Shown: positions 9,613 through 18,362 of the stretch, one piece after another
Layout: every line of letters begins with the position of its first letter
Position numbering within the stretch: position 1 is the stretch's first letter
Source of the DNA: an uncultured Chloroflexia bacterium
Lineage (GTDB): Bacteria > Chloroflexota > Chloroflexia > QHBQ01 > JADMIH01
Length of the DNA stretch: 64,000 nucleotides
Assembly (NCBI GenBank): GCA_963797095.1
Contig: CAWCNY010000004.1
Coordinates: forward strand, 656,580 to 720,579
Reading direction: 5' to 3'
Translations under genes and position numbers: made by a program
Notes under the pieces: model-generated
Database searches by the model: none
What the model was told of the DNA's origin: nothing
Seen by the model: the letters and a program-made list of their open reading frames with translations, nothing else

Positions 9613-10920
9613 CTACTCGATAGATAGAATATTCGCGAGGCTGTCCATATCGCGGGCGGGGCCGACAAGCGACAGATGCAGTTTATCCGTGCTAAATAAT
9701 TGGCCCGCCAGGGTCTGTACCTCTTCCGCCGTGACCGCTTCGATCTTGTCCAGAACCTCGTCCATTGGCTCGATATGGCCGAGCATCAATTCCTGCCAGC
9801 CTCCCCAGTGAGCCACGTAGGTGCTTCGCTCCAGGCTCAGGAGGGTATTGCCTTTGATGTATTCCTTCACCTTGCGCAGCTCGGTGCCTGAAACAGGTTC
9901 GTGTTTGATCCGGGCTAGCTCATCCATTATAGCCTGCAACGTTTCATCAACGCGCTCGTTATCCACAGCGGCATGCACACCGAATGCGCCTACATCATGG
10001 TATGTCTTTACGAAGCTGGACACGGCGTAGGCCAGGCCTCTGTTCTCCCTGATCTCGATGAAGAGGCGCGACGACATTCCCGCCCCAAGCAGAGCATCCA
10101 GCACATCTTGTGCGTAGCGCCCTGGGTGAGTATAGGGCAGCGCTGGCACGCCCACCAACAGGTTGGCTTGCTCGGTGCGCTTCTTGTAATGCGTAAGCCT
10201 GGGGCCGCGCTCGACCGTTGGGCTAACGTTTTCCTGATAGATACCATTCCCCGAGCGTGGCATATCGGCCCAAAGTTGAGAGATAGCTTCCACAACATCA
10301 TCGTGGCTGACGTTGCCAGCCACGCTCACCACAAGCGCGTCAGGGCGGTAATAATGCTCAACGTGCGCCAAAAGATTGTCCCTGGTGATACGCTTCACGC
10401 TCGCCTTGGTGCCGGCCACATCTTTTCCGAGCGCGTGGCCGGGCCACAGCAAAGCGTCAAACTCAAGGTCGGCGATATCTGAGGGCGAATCGAAAGTTGA
10501 GTCGATCTCTTCCAGGATCACATCTCGCTCTTTGGCGATTTCTTCGGGCCTGTACTCGGAACCGCGCAGCATGTCGGTTAGCACGTCCAGGGCCGTATCC
10601 AGGTAGCTGCACGGCACAAGGGCACGATAGTTGGTATGCTCATGGTCGGTAGCCGCATTGAGGTTGCCCCCCACCCCCTCTATATCCTCCGAAATCTGGG
10701 CCGGGTTGGGGCGCTTATACGTGCCTTTGAAGACCATGTGCTCGATGAAGTGGCTAACTCCCGCCACCTTGGGGTTTTCATGGCGCGCCCCAACTCGCAG
10801 GTAAAGCTGCACCGCCGCCGAACGCGTATGGGGCATGCTCGCCGTAACGACCCTCAAACCGTTGGCGAGGGTAGTCTTCTCATAAACTGTTTCTGTCTTA
10901 TATGCCAGCTCTGTCTTCAT
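9613..10920 (-). CDS. M16 family zinc metallopeptidase (pitrilysin/insulinase-like)
   Basis: HFIEHMVF (HxxEH) zinc motif in an M16 N-terminal domain. Start set at the internal Met MKTELAYK to avoid an 80-nt overlap with cinA. Confidence 0.8.
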   Translation of the reverse strand: MKTELAYKTETVYEKTTLANGLRVVTASMPHTRSAAVQLYLRVGARHENPKVAGVSHFIEHMVFKGTYKRPNPAQISEDIEGVGGNLNAATDHEHTNYRALVPCSYLDTALDVLTDMLRGSEYRPEEIAKERDVILEEIDSTFDSPSDIADLEFDALLWPGHALGKDVAGTKASVKRITRDNLLAHVEHYYRPDALVVSVAGNVSHDDVVEAISQLWADMPRSGNGIYQENVSPTVERGPRLTHYKKRTEQANLLVGVPALPYTHPGRYAQDVLDALLGAGMSSRLFIEIRENRGLAYAVSSFVKTYHDVGAFGVHAAVDNERVDETLQAIMDELARIKHEPVSGTELRKVKEYIKGNTLLSLERSTYVAHWGGWQELMLGHIEPMDEVLDKIEAVTAEEVQTLAGQLFSTDKLHLSLVGPARDMDSLANILSIE

Positions 10921-10925
10921 TTTGC

Positions 10926-11408
10926 TCAAAGTAGGTATTCCAGTATCAATTGTAGCGCCCGTCGAGCCGATTGCTCTCGATTCTCCTGGCGGTCGCCTTG
11001 CCATATATGTTGCTCAACCCTCTCAGACTGTGGGCCTGCGAGAGCGATGTAGGTCAGGCCGACGGGCTTGGCGGCGGTGCCGCCAACCGGCCCTGCCACG
11101 CCCGTTACCGAAACGGCGAGATCGGATCCAACCAGCGAGCGCGCCCCCTTCGACATTGCGGCGGCGCACTCGGCGCTAACTGCCCCATACTCTCGGATGA
11201 GGTTAGCCGGTACGCCAAGCACTCGCTCCTTTACGCTATTATCGTAAGAGATCACGCCGCCCAGGAAGTAGGCCGACGATCCGGGCACGGCGGTGATCCA
11301 TTCACCGACCATGCCGCCCGTGCACAATTCGGCTACGGCGAGACGCAATCCTGCTTGCGTCAAAGCCTTGCCCACTTGAACCGCCAGGGCATAATCGTTC
11401 TCGTACAT
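10926..11408 (-). CDS. CinA C-terminal domain protein (nicotinamide-nucleotide amidohydrolase PncC-like)
   Basis: 160 aa with CinA_C motifs (AVAESCTGG-like ELCTGG, VSVTGVAGP). Confidence 0.8.
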   Translation of the reverse strand: MYENDYALAVQVGKALTQAGLRLAVAELCTGGMVGEWITAVPGSSAYFLGGVISYDNSVKERVLGVPANLIREYGAVSAECAAAMSKGARSLVGSDLAVSVTGVAGPVGGTAAKPVGLTYIALAGPQSERVEQHIWQGDRQENREQSARRALQLILEYLL

Positions 11409-11510
11409 CGTCCGCTAGAAGTCCCCAAAAGAGGGTAGTTCTATCAGTATACCACAGCCTTTTGATCTTCGTGGTATGTGGTGGGATAATTCACAGGGCG
11501 GATGCAAAGA

Positions 11511-11544
11511 GTTGTAGGGGCGAGGCATGCCTCGCCCCTACAAC
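11511..11544. promoter_or_regulatory. Perfect 34-bp palindrome (gttgtaggggcgaggcatgcctcgcccctacaac)
   Basis: Its own reverse complement. Lies in the divergent intergenic region between cinA and the GluRS-C-like ORF. Candidate operator or stable RNA hairpin. Confidence 0.5.
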
Positions 11545-11631
11545 GGATTTATCCTTCCAACCACATATTGACTTTGAATCCGCCCTGGGATCATTCAGGA
11601 CCATCAACAGCCTAGAAGGACCCATTAACCC

Positions 11632-11964
11632 ATGAACACACTCCATTATGACCTCGCCTTACTCATAGGCAAAGAGAGCAGCGCCGAACAAGTACACCTG
11701 CTCCTGGCGGATGCACGCGACTTCTTGCGCGCATTGGGAGAAGCGGATTTCACCCGGCATAACCTGGATCAAGGGCTGCGCGCCGTTGCAGGCAAACGGG
11801 GGATCGATCCTGCCTGGCTATTTCGCCCGCTTCGCGTCGCCCTCCAGGGCAACATGGGGCAACCCGACCTCTACGAAACAATGCTGGCACTTAGGCGGGA
11901 CCGCACCCTGAAGCTGGTAGAGGAGGCAATAAGATCTCTGGGCAGCATGGCAAATACAACATAG
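11632..11964 (+). CDS. Stand-alone protein resembling the C-terminal anticodon-binding subdomain of glutamyl-tRNA synthetase
   Basis: 110 aa. WLFRPLRVALQG...GQPDLYETMLALRRDRTL matches the GluRS C-terminal helix bundle (MQPLRVALTG...GP.L.E.L.LLGKE). No catalytic domain is present. Confidence 0.5.
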   Translation: MNTLHYDLALLIGKESSAEQVHLLLADARDFLRALGEADFTRHNLDQGLRAVAGKRGIDPAWLFRPLRVALQGNMGQPDLYETMLALRRDRTLKLVEEAIRSLGSMANTT

Positions 11965-12041
11965 TCAAGAACAAAGCGAGCGAGCAGCCAGGCTGCTCGC
12001 TCGCTTTGTTCTTGACTATGTGTAAGACGTTATTGAATGCC

Positions 12042-12311
12042 CTATGCCTCCGTATGTGCCAGAGGCGATTCGCTCCTGCTCTCGAGAGAAAGCATCTTCG
12101 ACAAGATGCGCTGAAGTGCCATAGCGTGGCTGCACGTTCCGTACACAGCATAGGTGCTGCAATTGCATATCCAGTGATTTTCGTTGAGTGTAAGTTGATA
12201 GTCGCTGTGCTCGCCCCTGAAATTGGCTTGCAGGTTCAAGATGGTCACGCGTTCCGGTTCGTGCTCATACCGCTGGGCCTTCTCTATCTTGCCGATCATG
12301 CTTGAGTTCAT
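12042..12311 (-). CDS. Small SWIM zinc-finger protein
   Basis: CNCSTYAVYGTCSHAMAL fits the SWIM CxCxnCxH signature. 89 aa. Confidence 0.45.
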   Translation of the reverse strand: MNSSMIGKIEKAQRYEHEPERVTILNLQANFRGEHSDYQLTLNENHWICNCSTYAVYGTCSHAMALQRILSKMLSLESRSESPLAHTEA

Positions 12312-12637
12312 TGAGGAACCTCCGATCTTGAATTGAGAAAGAATATTGTCCGATACGGCAACCCCTTTGCGCCGGGGCTACCATTGCCCACTGTTTCGTG
12401 CAGCCTATAGAACACAAACACCGGCAAGAGTTCATGCTCTCAGCCGGTGTTCTAGTCTTCACGCAGGGGCACCTCGCGAACTGTTCGCAATGCCCCTGAA
12501 GAATTCCTGTCCATAAGCGGTTCCCTCCGTATCCGGAGTTTCGATAGGCTAATTATACTCCTACTACCAGGTCGAGTCAACATCTTTTCCCCATAATTAA
12601 CCCGCAGTTAGCCCCAATGGGCTAACCCCACGGCGAG

Positions 12638-14167
12638 TTGCGCCCAGATGCGAAGACCGCTTGTGATATAATTAGTGACAGCATGAATGCTTGGTTTTGT
12701 AGGCATAAATTCAAGCTTAGAAAAAGAATATCACGCCGCAGTGCCCGCGTCCTGGTGTGTCTGGTTGCCCTCTGGATATCAGTGGCGGGCCTCCTATTGT
12801 GGCGAATGCCATCGCCTGCGCACGCCGCTGTACCGGTCAATATGCTGTACGGATCCGCCCCCGACACGCCCGACAGCCAGCTACAGGCGATCATTGAGGA
12901 CGTAATAAAGGACCACTCAGGGACCTGGGGGGTGGCGGTCAAAAAGCTCGATACCGGGCAGTATGCTGCGGTAAATGGGGACGTGCAGCAGGTATCCGCA
13001 TCTCTCTATAAGCTGTGGGTGCTGTCGGAGCTTTATCACCAGGTCAGCTCCAGAAAGGTCGACCTCGACGACACCGGCACCGTCACCAATGCCGACGCCT
13101 CCGAGGATTCCTTTTACGGCGATTTGCGTATCTACCCCGGCACCGTGCTAACCTTCCGTAGCGCAGCCCGCCAGATGGTGGTGGTTAGCGACAACACCGC
13201 CGCCCACTTTCTCGTGCGCAACCTGGGTGTGGACCGCGTCAATGCCTTCATGCAGGCTAACGGCCTCACGCACTCGTATCTTGCCTGGGACAACGGCGGT
13301 GACAACGTAACCACCCCCCTCGATGTGTTGCGCGAGCTTGAGATGATGGCGACCTCGCAGATGGTGGATGCCGCCTCCAGCCAGGCTATGATCAACACCA
13401 TGCTCGACCAGCAGATCAACAACCGCCTGCCGCTGGGTGTCCCTTCTGAGGCGCGCATAGCCCACAAGACAGGCGACCTCGGCAATCTCCTGCATGATGT
13501 GGGGATCGTATATGGTCCCTCCGGGCCGTTCGTGATCGTGGCTATGTCAAGCCATCTATACTCGCTCCAGGACGCATTCCAGGCTATGCCTGAGCTTGCA
13601 AGTCGCGTGTACGCGTATTTCAATAACCAGGAGTCAAGCCCCGCCCGCTACTTTCCTGAGACAAAACAGACGGTGGGCCACGACTTCCTGAAAGTATGGA
13701 ATGAGTACGGCGGCCTGGATATCTTTGGGTTTCCAATCGGGCCTGAGCACATCAAAAACGGCCTCCTTGTGCAAGATTTCGAGCGTGCCCGTATGGAGTT
13801 GCACCCGGAGTTGGCGGGATCGGGCGGCCCCGACCCGACAGTTGCGCTGGGGCTGGTGGGGCAGGAACGAGCCGCCCAACTTGGCCTGCAATGGCCCCGC
13901 GCGGACAACACGGGCGAGGGACTCTATTTCGACGCGACCGGGCAGGAGATCACGGGCGACTTTCTCTGGTACTGGCAAAACAGGGGAGGCGAGCGCATTT
14001 TCGGCTGGCCTATCTCCCCGGCGGCGGAGATGGTGAACCCGGCTGACGGCAAGAGCTACCTCACTCAGTGGTTCCAGCGAGCACGCATGGAATATCATCC
14101 TGAGATGCCTGAGGGCCAGCGCATCGTTTTGGGTGCTCTCGGCACGGAACTGGCATCCGATAGATAA
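12638..14167 (+). CDS. Secreted class A beta-lactamase-like serine hydrolase fused to two LGFP-like cell-wall-binding repeats
   Basis: SxxK (SLYK), SDN and KTG motifs in order. The C-terminus has two roughly 55-aa repeats (W..GG..IFGFPI...QDFERARMELHPE) resembling LGFP repeats. N-terminal TM/signal anchor. True start may be the internal Met near 12683. Confidence 0.65.
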   Translation: MRPDAKTACDIISDSMNAWFCRHKFKLRKRISRRSARVLVCLVALWISVAGLLLWRMPSPAHAAVPVNMLYGSAPDTPDSQLQAIIEDVIKDHSGTWGVAVKKLDTGQYAAVNGDVQQVSASLYKLWVLSELYHQVSSRKVDLDDTGTVTNADASEDSFYGDLRIYPGTVLTFRSAARQMVVVSDNTAAHFLVRNLGVDRVNAFMQANGLTHSYLAWDNGGDNVTTPLDVLRELEMMATSQMVDAASSQAMINTMLDQQINNRLPLGVPSEARIAHKTGDLGNLLHDVGIVYGPSGPFVIVAMSSHLYSLQDAFQAMPELASRVYAYFNNQESSPARYFPETKQTVGHDFLKVWNEYGGLDIFGFPIGPEHIKNGLLVQDFERARMELHPELAGSGGPDPTVALGLVGQERAAQLGLQWPRADNTGEGLYFDATGQEITGDFLWYWQNRGGERIFGWPISPAAEMVNPADGKSYLTQWFQRARMEYHPEMPEGQRIVLGALGTELASDR

Positions 14168-14299
14168 GCTCGATCCTGGTGTAAAGCGCAACCATATCGC
14201 CTGCCCGACCGTTATACTTGCTAGGCAGGCATGCATCCTGCGAGGCTATGTCGTTCCCACCGATCGCGCTCGCCTATTGCCCGAACAGGAATCCCACCC

Positions 14300-16495
14300 A
14301 TGACCCACGGAAGAAACCGCAAGAGTATCCTGTCTGCCCTTCTGTTAGCCTGCTCGGTGCTGGTATCGGTTGTAGTCACGAGCGAAGCCGCCGATAAGCC
14401 ATCTGACCCGAATATCGCCCAGAGCACGACTCCACTGGCAACTGCCCAGAAGAGCCTGCAATCGAAATCCGCCGGTGAGGACCTCGAAGCTGACACAATC
14501 AAGTACGGATTCTTGATGGCACTGACCGGGAATAACTCCGCCGTTCGCACTATGGGCTTTACTTGGGTATCATACGGCGTCTTCTGGAGCGAAGAAGAAC
14601 CTACGCAGGGGCAGTATAGCTGGCTCTCAGGCGCAAACAACGTAGATAACATAGCGGACGCGGCGCGCACCGCCAACGTAAACCTCCTTATCCGTATCAG
14701 CCGCACGCCCGATTGGGCGCGTGACCCTAATTGCGCGGGCAACGACACGTGCCCCCCTGCGGACGCCACCAACTTCGGCAGGTTCGCCGGCGTCCTGGCC
14801 GCCAGGGTGCGCTCTCGTTTGAGCGGCCAGCAGGTGGCGTACGAGATATGGAACGAACCCAACACGTCGGGCGAATGGGGCGGCCTGTGCCCCGATCCCG
14901 CCAGGTACACCGCTTTGTTGCGGGCCGCCTACCCTCGGATCAAAGCCAGTGACCCCTCGGCCACCGTCGCCGGAGGGGCGGTCACCACCGTGGCCGAGGT
15001 GCGTACAAACTGCCACGTAGACGATCTCAACTTCATCCAGGGGATGTACAACGCGGGCGCGGCCCCTTACTTCGACGTACTTTCCGACCATCCCTACGGT
15101 TTCATCACCGCCCCCGAGGCAGACCCTGTGACAAGTCCCAGCGGACTGGTGTTTCGAAGGGCCGAGCGCCACCGGGCGTACATGGTGGCAAACGGCGACG
15201 GCAGCAAGAAGATTTGGGCTACCGAGTTGGGCTGGGCCATCAACCCGGCCACCGAGGGCTATAGCTGCCCGGCGAGCGAAATTCAGTGGTACCAGATATA
15301 CAACCAGCAGCAGCAGGCCGATTACCTTGTGAGGGCCTACCAGTGGGCGCGCTCGTATTGGCCCTGGATGGGTGCGATGTTCACCTGGAACTTCGACTTT
15401 GACGAGGCCCCCTGGTACTCGGAGTGCAATTCGTTCCGCTTCTACGCCGTGAAGAATCGCCTGGCGAAAAGCGCGCTCCAGAACCTGGTGCTACACCCGC
15501 CACCCACCTACACGCCCGTGCCCGTAAGCCCCACTCCTTCGGCTACTCCTATTGATGGCCCGCCTGTGATCACCGATGTGCGCTACAACGCGACCCATTT
15601 CACTAGGGACGGGGGGCCGCTGACCATTGACCTTGACGCACATGATAACGATACAACGCCGATTGATACCGCCCAGGTGCTGGTGACCTTCCCAACTACC
15701 GGCACGCAGCTATTAAGCATGACCCTCGCATCCGGCACCCAATATTCGGGTACATGGCATCTCGACTTCACTATACCATCTAATAACGGCCCGACCGTGC
15801 TCACTTACACTATGCAGCCATATGTTGTCGAGCAATTCCCGCCGCGCCGCACTACGATGGCCCCCAGCCAGCAGATCGTGCTGGCGAACACACGCTTCTG
15901 GGATGTGCCAACCGATTACTGGGCCTACAGCTATATCGAATCACTCGCGTCCGGGGGAGCTATCGGTGGCTACAGTGATGGCTCATTCAAGCCGGGCAAT
16001 AACGCGACACGTGCCCAGTTGTCGAAGATAGTGGTGCTGGCGTTCGGGTTCCCGTTATTGAACCCGACAAACTCCAGCTTCCACGATGTGCCAGCCGGGT
16101 CTACTTTCTACCAGTATGTGGAGACCGCAGTCGCGCGAAGTCTCGTGAACGGTTATACCTGCGGAGGCGCTGGCGAGCCTTGCGTGCCGCCCGGCAACAA
16201 GCCCTACTTCCGCCCCAACGACCCCGTCACCAGGGCGCAGATCGCCAAGATCGTGGTGCTCGCAGGGGGCTGGAACCTCCTCAATCCTGCCGCGAGCACT
16301 TTCGAGGATGTGCCGCCAGGCTCGACTTTCTACCGGTATGTAGAGACCGCCTACACGCGGGGCATCCTCGCAGGCTACGAGTGCGGCAACCCTGAGCCAT
16401 GCGTGTCCCCAGGCGACAAGCCCTATTTCCGACCCAACAGCAACGCCTCGCGTGCCCAGATCAGCAAGATGGTGTATCTCGCGGCCAACCCGTAA
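14300..16495 (+). CDS. Secreted glycoside hydrolase (clan GH-A, GH5-like) with three C-terminal SLH domains
   Basis: Signal peptide. EIWNEPN acid/base motif. Three SLH-like repeats (F.DVP....Y.Y.E.......GY......P....TRAQ.AKIVV). The longest ORF starts at 14231; start set at the Met before the signal peptide. Confidence 0.7.
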   Translation: MTHGRNRKSILSALLLACSVLVSVVVTSEAADKPSDPNIAQSTTPLATAQKSLQSKSAGEDLEADTIKYGFLMALTGNNSAVRTMGFTWVSYGVFWSEEEPTQGQYSWLSGANNVDNIADAARTANVNLLIRISRTPDWARDPNCAGNDTCPPADATNFGRFAGVLAARVRSRLSGQQVAYEIWNEPNTSGEWGGLCPDPARYTALLRAAYPRIKASDPSATVAGGAVTTVAEVRTNCHVDDLNFIQGMYNAGAAPYFDVLSDHPYGFITAPEADPVTSPSGLVFRRAERHRAYMVANGDGSKKIWATELGWAINPATEGYSCPASEIQWYQIYNQQQQADYLVRAYQWARSYWPWMGAMFTWNFDFDEAPWYSECNSFRFYAVKNRLAKSALQNLVLHPPPTYTPVPVSPTPSATPIDGPPVITDVRYNATHFTRDGGPLTIDLDAHDNDTTPIDTAQVLVTFPTTGTQLLSMTLASGTQYSGTWHLDFTIPSNNGPTVLTYTMQPYVVEQFPPRRTTMAPSQQIVLANTRFWDVPTDYWAYSYIESLASGGAIGGYSDGSFKPGNNATRAQLSKIVVLAFGFPLLNPTNSSFHDVPAGSTFYQYVETAVARSLVNGYTCGGAGEPCVPPGNKPYFRPNDPVTRAQIAKIVVLAGGWNLLNPAASTFEDVPPGSTFYRYVETAYTRGILAGYECGNPEPCVSPGDKPYFRPNSNASRAQISKMVYLAANP

Positions 16496-16659
16496 AGCGT
16501 AGCTGATAGGTCTGCTACCATATTTTGCCCATGAAGATCGCCTCTCTAGATCCTCCCAGGCTTGTGGATGTTGCGGCATATAGGCTAATCTACACTGTAA
16601 ATGTGTACTTTGATATAACCGCTGATCCGGATTTTGTGAGGGTGGAGTGAAGGTAGTTA

Positions 16660-16738
16660 TTCTTGCCTTCATATACTAAATGGCATTGGTAGGACAAAAC
16701 GGGACAGGTCTTGAGGTGTACTTAAGTACAGTTTTTTA
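16660..16738 (+). repeat. Conserved intergenic element, copy 1 (candidate structured RNA or terminator module)
   Basis: About 80% identical to 63124-63200. Ends in the hairpin tgtacttaagtaca plus T6. Confidence 0.45.
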
Positions 16739-16794
16739 GTGTGCAAGGATTGGGAAGGGATAGAAGAGGCTGGGCACAAAATTGATGCGTGACC

Positions 16795-16824
16795 TTGCCC
16801 GCCATGCTCCTACTACGTTATAAT
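16795..16824 (+). promoter_or_regulatory. Sigma70-like promoter candidate for pfk
   Basis: TTGCCC - 17/18 nt - TATAAT, about 85 nt upstream of the pfk start. Confidence 0.4.
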
Positions 16825-16907
16825 ATGCTGCCTCAGTGCGTGTTCTCTATTAAGGACCGGAGTATTCCACGCACCACAGACAAGCAAGGCGACGGAGCAG
16901 GAGGAGC

Positions 16908-18296
16908 ATGGATACCGAGACCCCCAACGCACCGGATGAGGTCGAAAGCGGCGAGATTGAACAGCCCCAGGCCGATATTCCGCCCGAACCACAACCAACG
17001 GAAGCCGCGCCCGAAGCTCAAGCGCAACCACAAACCCAGCCCCCTCCCCAGAACCTGCCCCCGCCTACAGCCCTCATCATAGGCCAGTCGGGCGGGCCAA
17101 CGGCAGCCATCAACTCCTCTCTGGTGGGCGTGATCCGCGAGGCACGCGCCCAGGGTGTGCGTCGCATCTATGGGATGAGGAACGGCATCCAGGGACTATT
17201 GCGCGGTGACCTGGTAGACCTGGGCAGCCTGCCCAACGACGTGCTCCCCGCCCTTCAGCAGACCCCCTCGGCGGCCCTCGGCTCGTGCCGCTACCACCTC
17301 ACTGACGCCGATGTGCCCCAGGCCCTGGCCGTCCTTCGCGAACACGGCGTTCAGTGCATGGTCTATATAGGAGGCAACGACTCCGCCGACACTTCCCATC
17401 GGCTTGCGACGGCGGCAATGACTTCCGACTACGACCTGAGGGTGGTGGCGGTTCCCAAGACCATCGACAACGACCTGCCGGTGACCGACCACTGCCCCGG
17501 CTACGGCTCAGCCGCCCGATACGTCGCCATCTCTACCCTTGAAACTACCCTCGATACAAAGGCCATGCCCGACATCTATCCGGTAAAGATCCTGGAGACG
17601 ATGGGCAGGCACGCGGGGTGGCTGACCGCTTCGGCGGCGCTGGCACGAGCCACCGGTTGGGAGACACCTCACCTGATCTATGTGCCAGAATGCCCCAAGG
17701 AAGTAGACGAAATCCTGGGCGACGTGACCCGTGTTTACCAGGACTACGGGCATGTGGTGATCGCGATGTCCGAGAACCTGCGCAGCCGCGATGGCAAGCC
17801 TTTCGCGCTGGCTGCCCTGGAAGCGCTGGGCGAGAATGTCGCATCTTCGGGCAATGGAACGCCGGGGCCTGATTTTGTCGATCCGTTCGGGCACCAGTAT
17901 TACCGGGGCATCAGCGCAGCCTGGACTCTCAGCCAATTGATCACCAAGCGCCTGGACCTGCGCTCGCGTGTGGACCAGCCTGGCACTCTCCAGAGGATGT
18001 CACAGGCCCACCAGAGCGAGGTCGACCTGATCGAAGCGGAGGAATGCGGCAGGGCAGCGGTGCGCGCCGCATTGTCGGGCGAGACCGATTGCATGGTCAT
18101 TCTTGAGCGCGCGGAAGCCCCGGTGTACAGGGCCACAATCGGCCTGGCTCCGCTCGACACAATCGCTAATATCGAGAAACACCTGCCGGCCGACTTCCTC
18201 AACCCGGCAGGCAATTTCGTCACTCAAATGTTCATAGACTATGCTCTTCCACTCATCGGAGGGCCATTACCACAGTATGTAGAACTGCAAGCGTGA
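16908..18296 (+). CDS. pfk: 6-phosphofructokinase (PFK-A family, possibly PPi-dependent) with an N-terminal Pro/Gln/Glu-rich extension
   Basis: PFK motifs (GGPTAAINSS, GGNDS, VPKTIDNDL, MGRHAG). The first roughly 55 residues are low-complexity PEPQP-rich. Confidence 0.8.
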   Translation: MDTETPNAPDEVESGEIEQPQADIPPEPQPTEAAPEAQAQPQTQPPPQNLPPPTALIIGQSGGPTAAINSSLVGVIREARAQGVRRIYGMRNGIQGLLRGDLVDLGSLPNDVLPALQQTPSAALGSCRYHLTDADVPQALAVLREHGVQCMVYIGGNDSADTSHRLATAAMTSDYDLRVVAVPKTIDNDLPVTDHCPGYGSAARYVAISTLETTLDTKAMPDIYPVKILETMGRHAGWLTASAALARATGWETPHLIYVPECPKEVDEILGDVTRVYQDYGHVVIAMSENLRSRDGKPFALAALEALGENVASSGNGTPGPDFVDPFGHQYYRGISAAWTLSQLITKRLDLRSRVDQPGTLQRMSQAHQSEVDLIEAEECGRAAVRAALSGETDCMVILERAEAPVYRATIGLAPLDTIANIEKHLPADFLNPAGNFVTQMFIDYALPLIGGPLPQYVELQA

Positions 18297-18362
18297 CCCA
18301 AGCCCGATATTCTTACTGAGCTTGACACGCACAAACCTCAATCAAAGGAGATTGATAACCAC

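Noticed and set aside
11409-11631. The palindrome might be an intrinsic terminator.
   Set aside because: The flanking genes are divergent, so nothing is transcribed into it, and there is no U-tract on either side. An operator or 5' stabiliser is more likely.
13634-14236. 200-aa minus-strand ORF, together with 14221..14910, 16055..16672, 52365..53201, 55059..55799, 61642..62637, 61870..62601 and 63278..63922.
   Set aside because: All are antisense or alternate-frame to well-supported CDSs (beta-lactamase-like, GH5-SLH, coiled-coil protein, rarA/ANTAR, GT-C, infC). They have high-GC-typical spurious open frames and no recognisable motifs.
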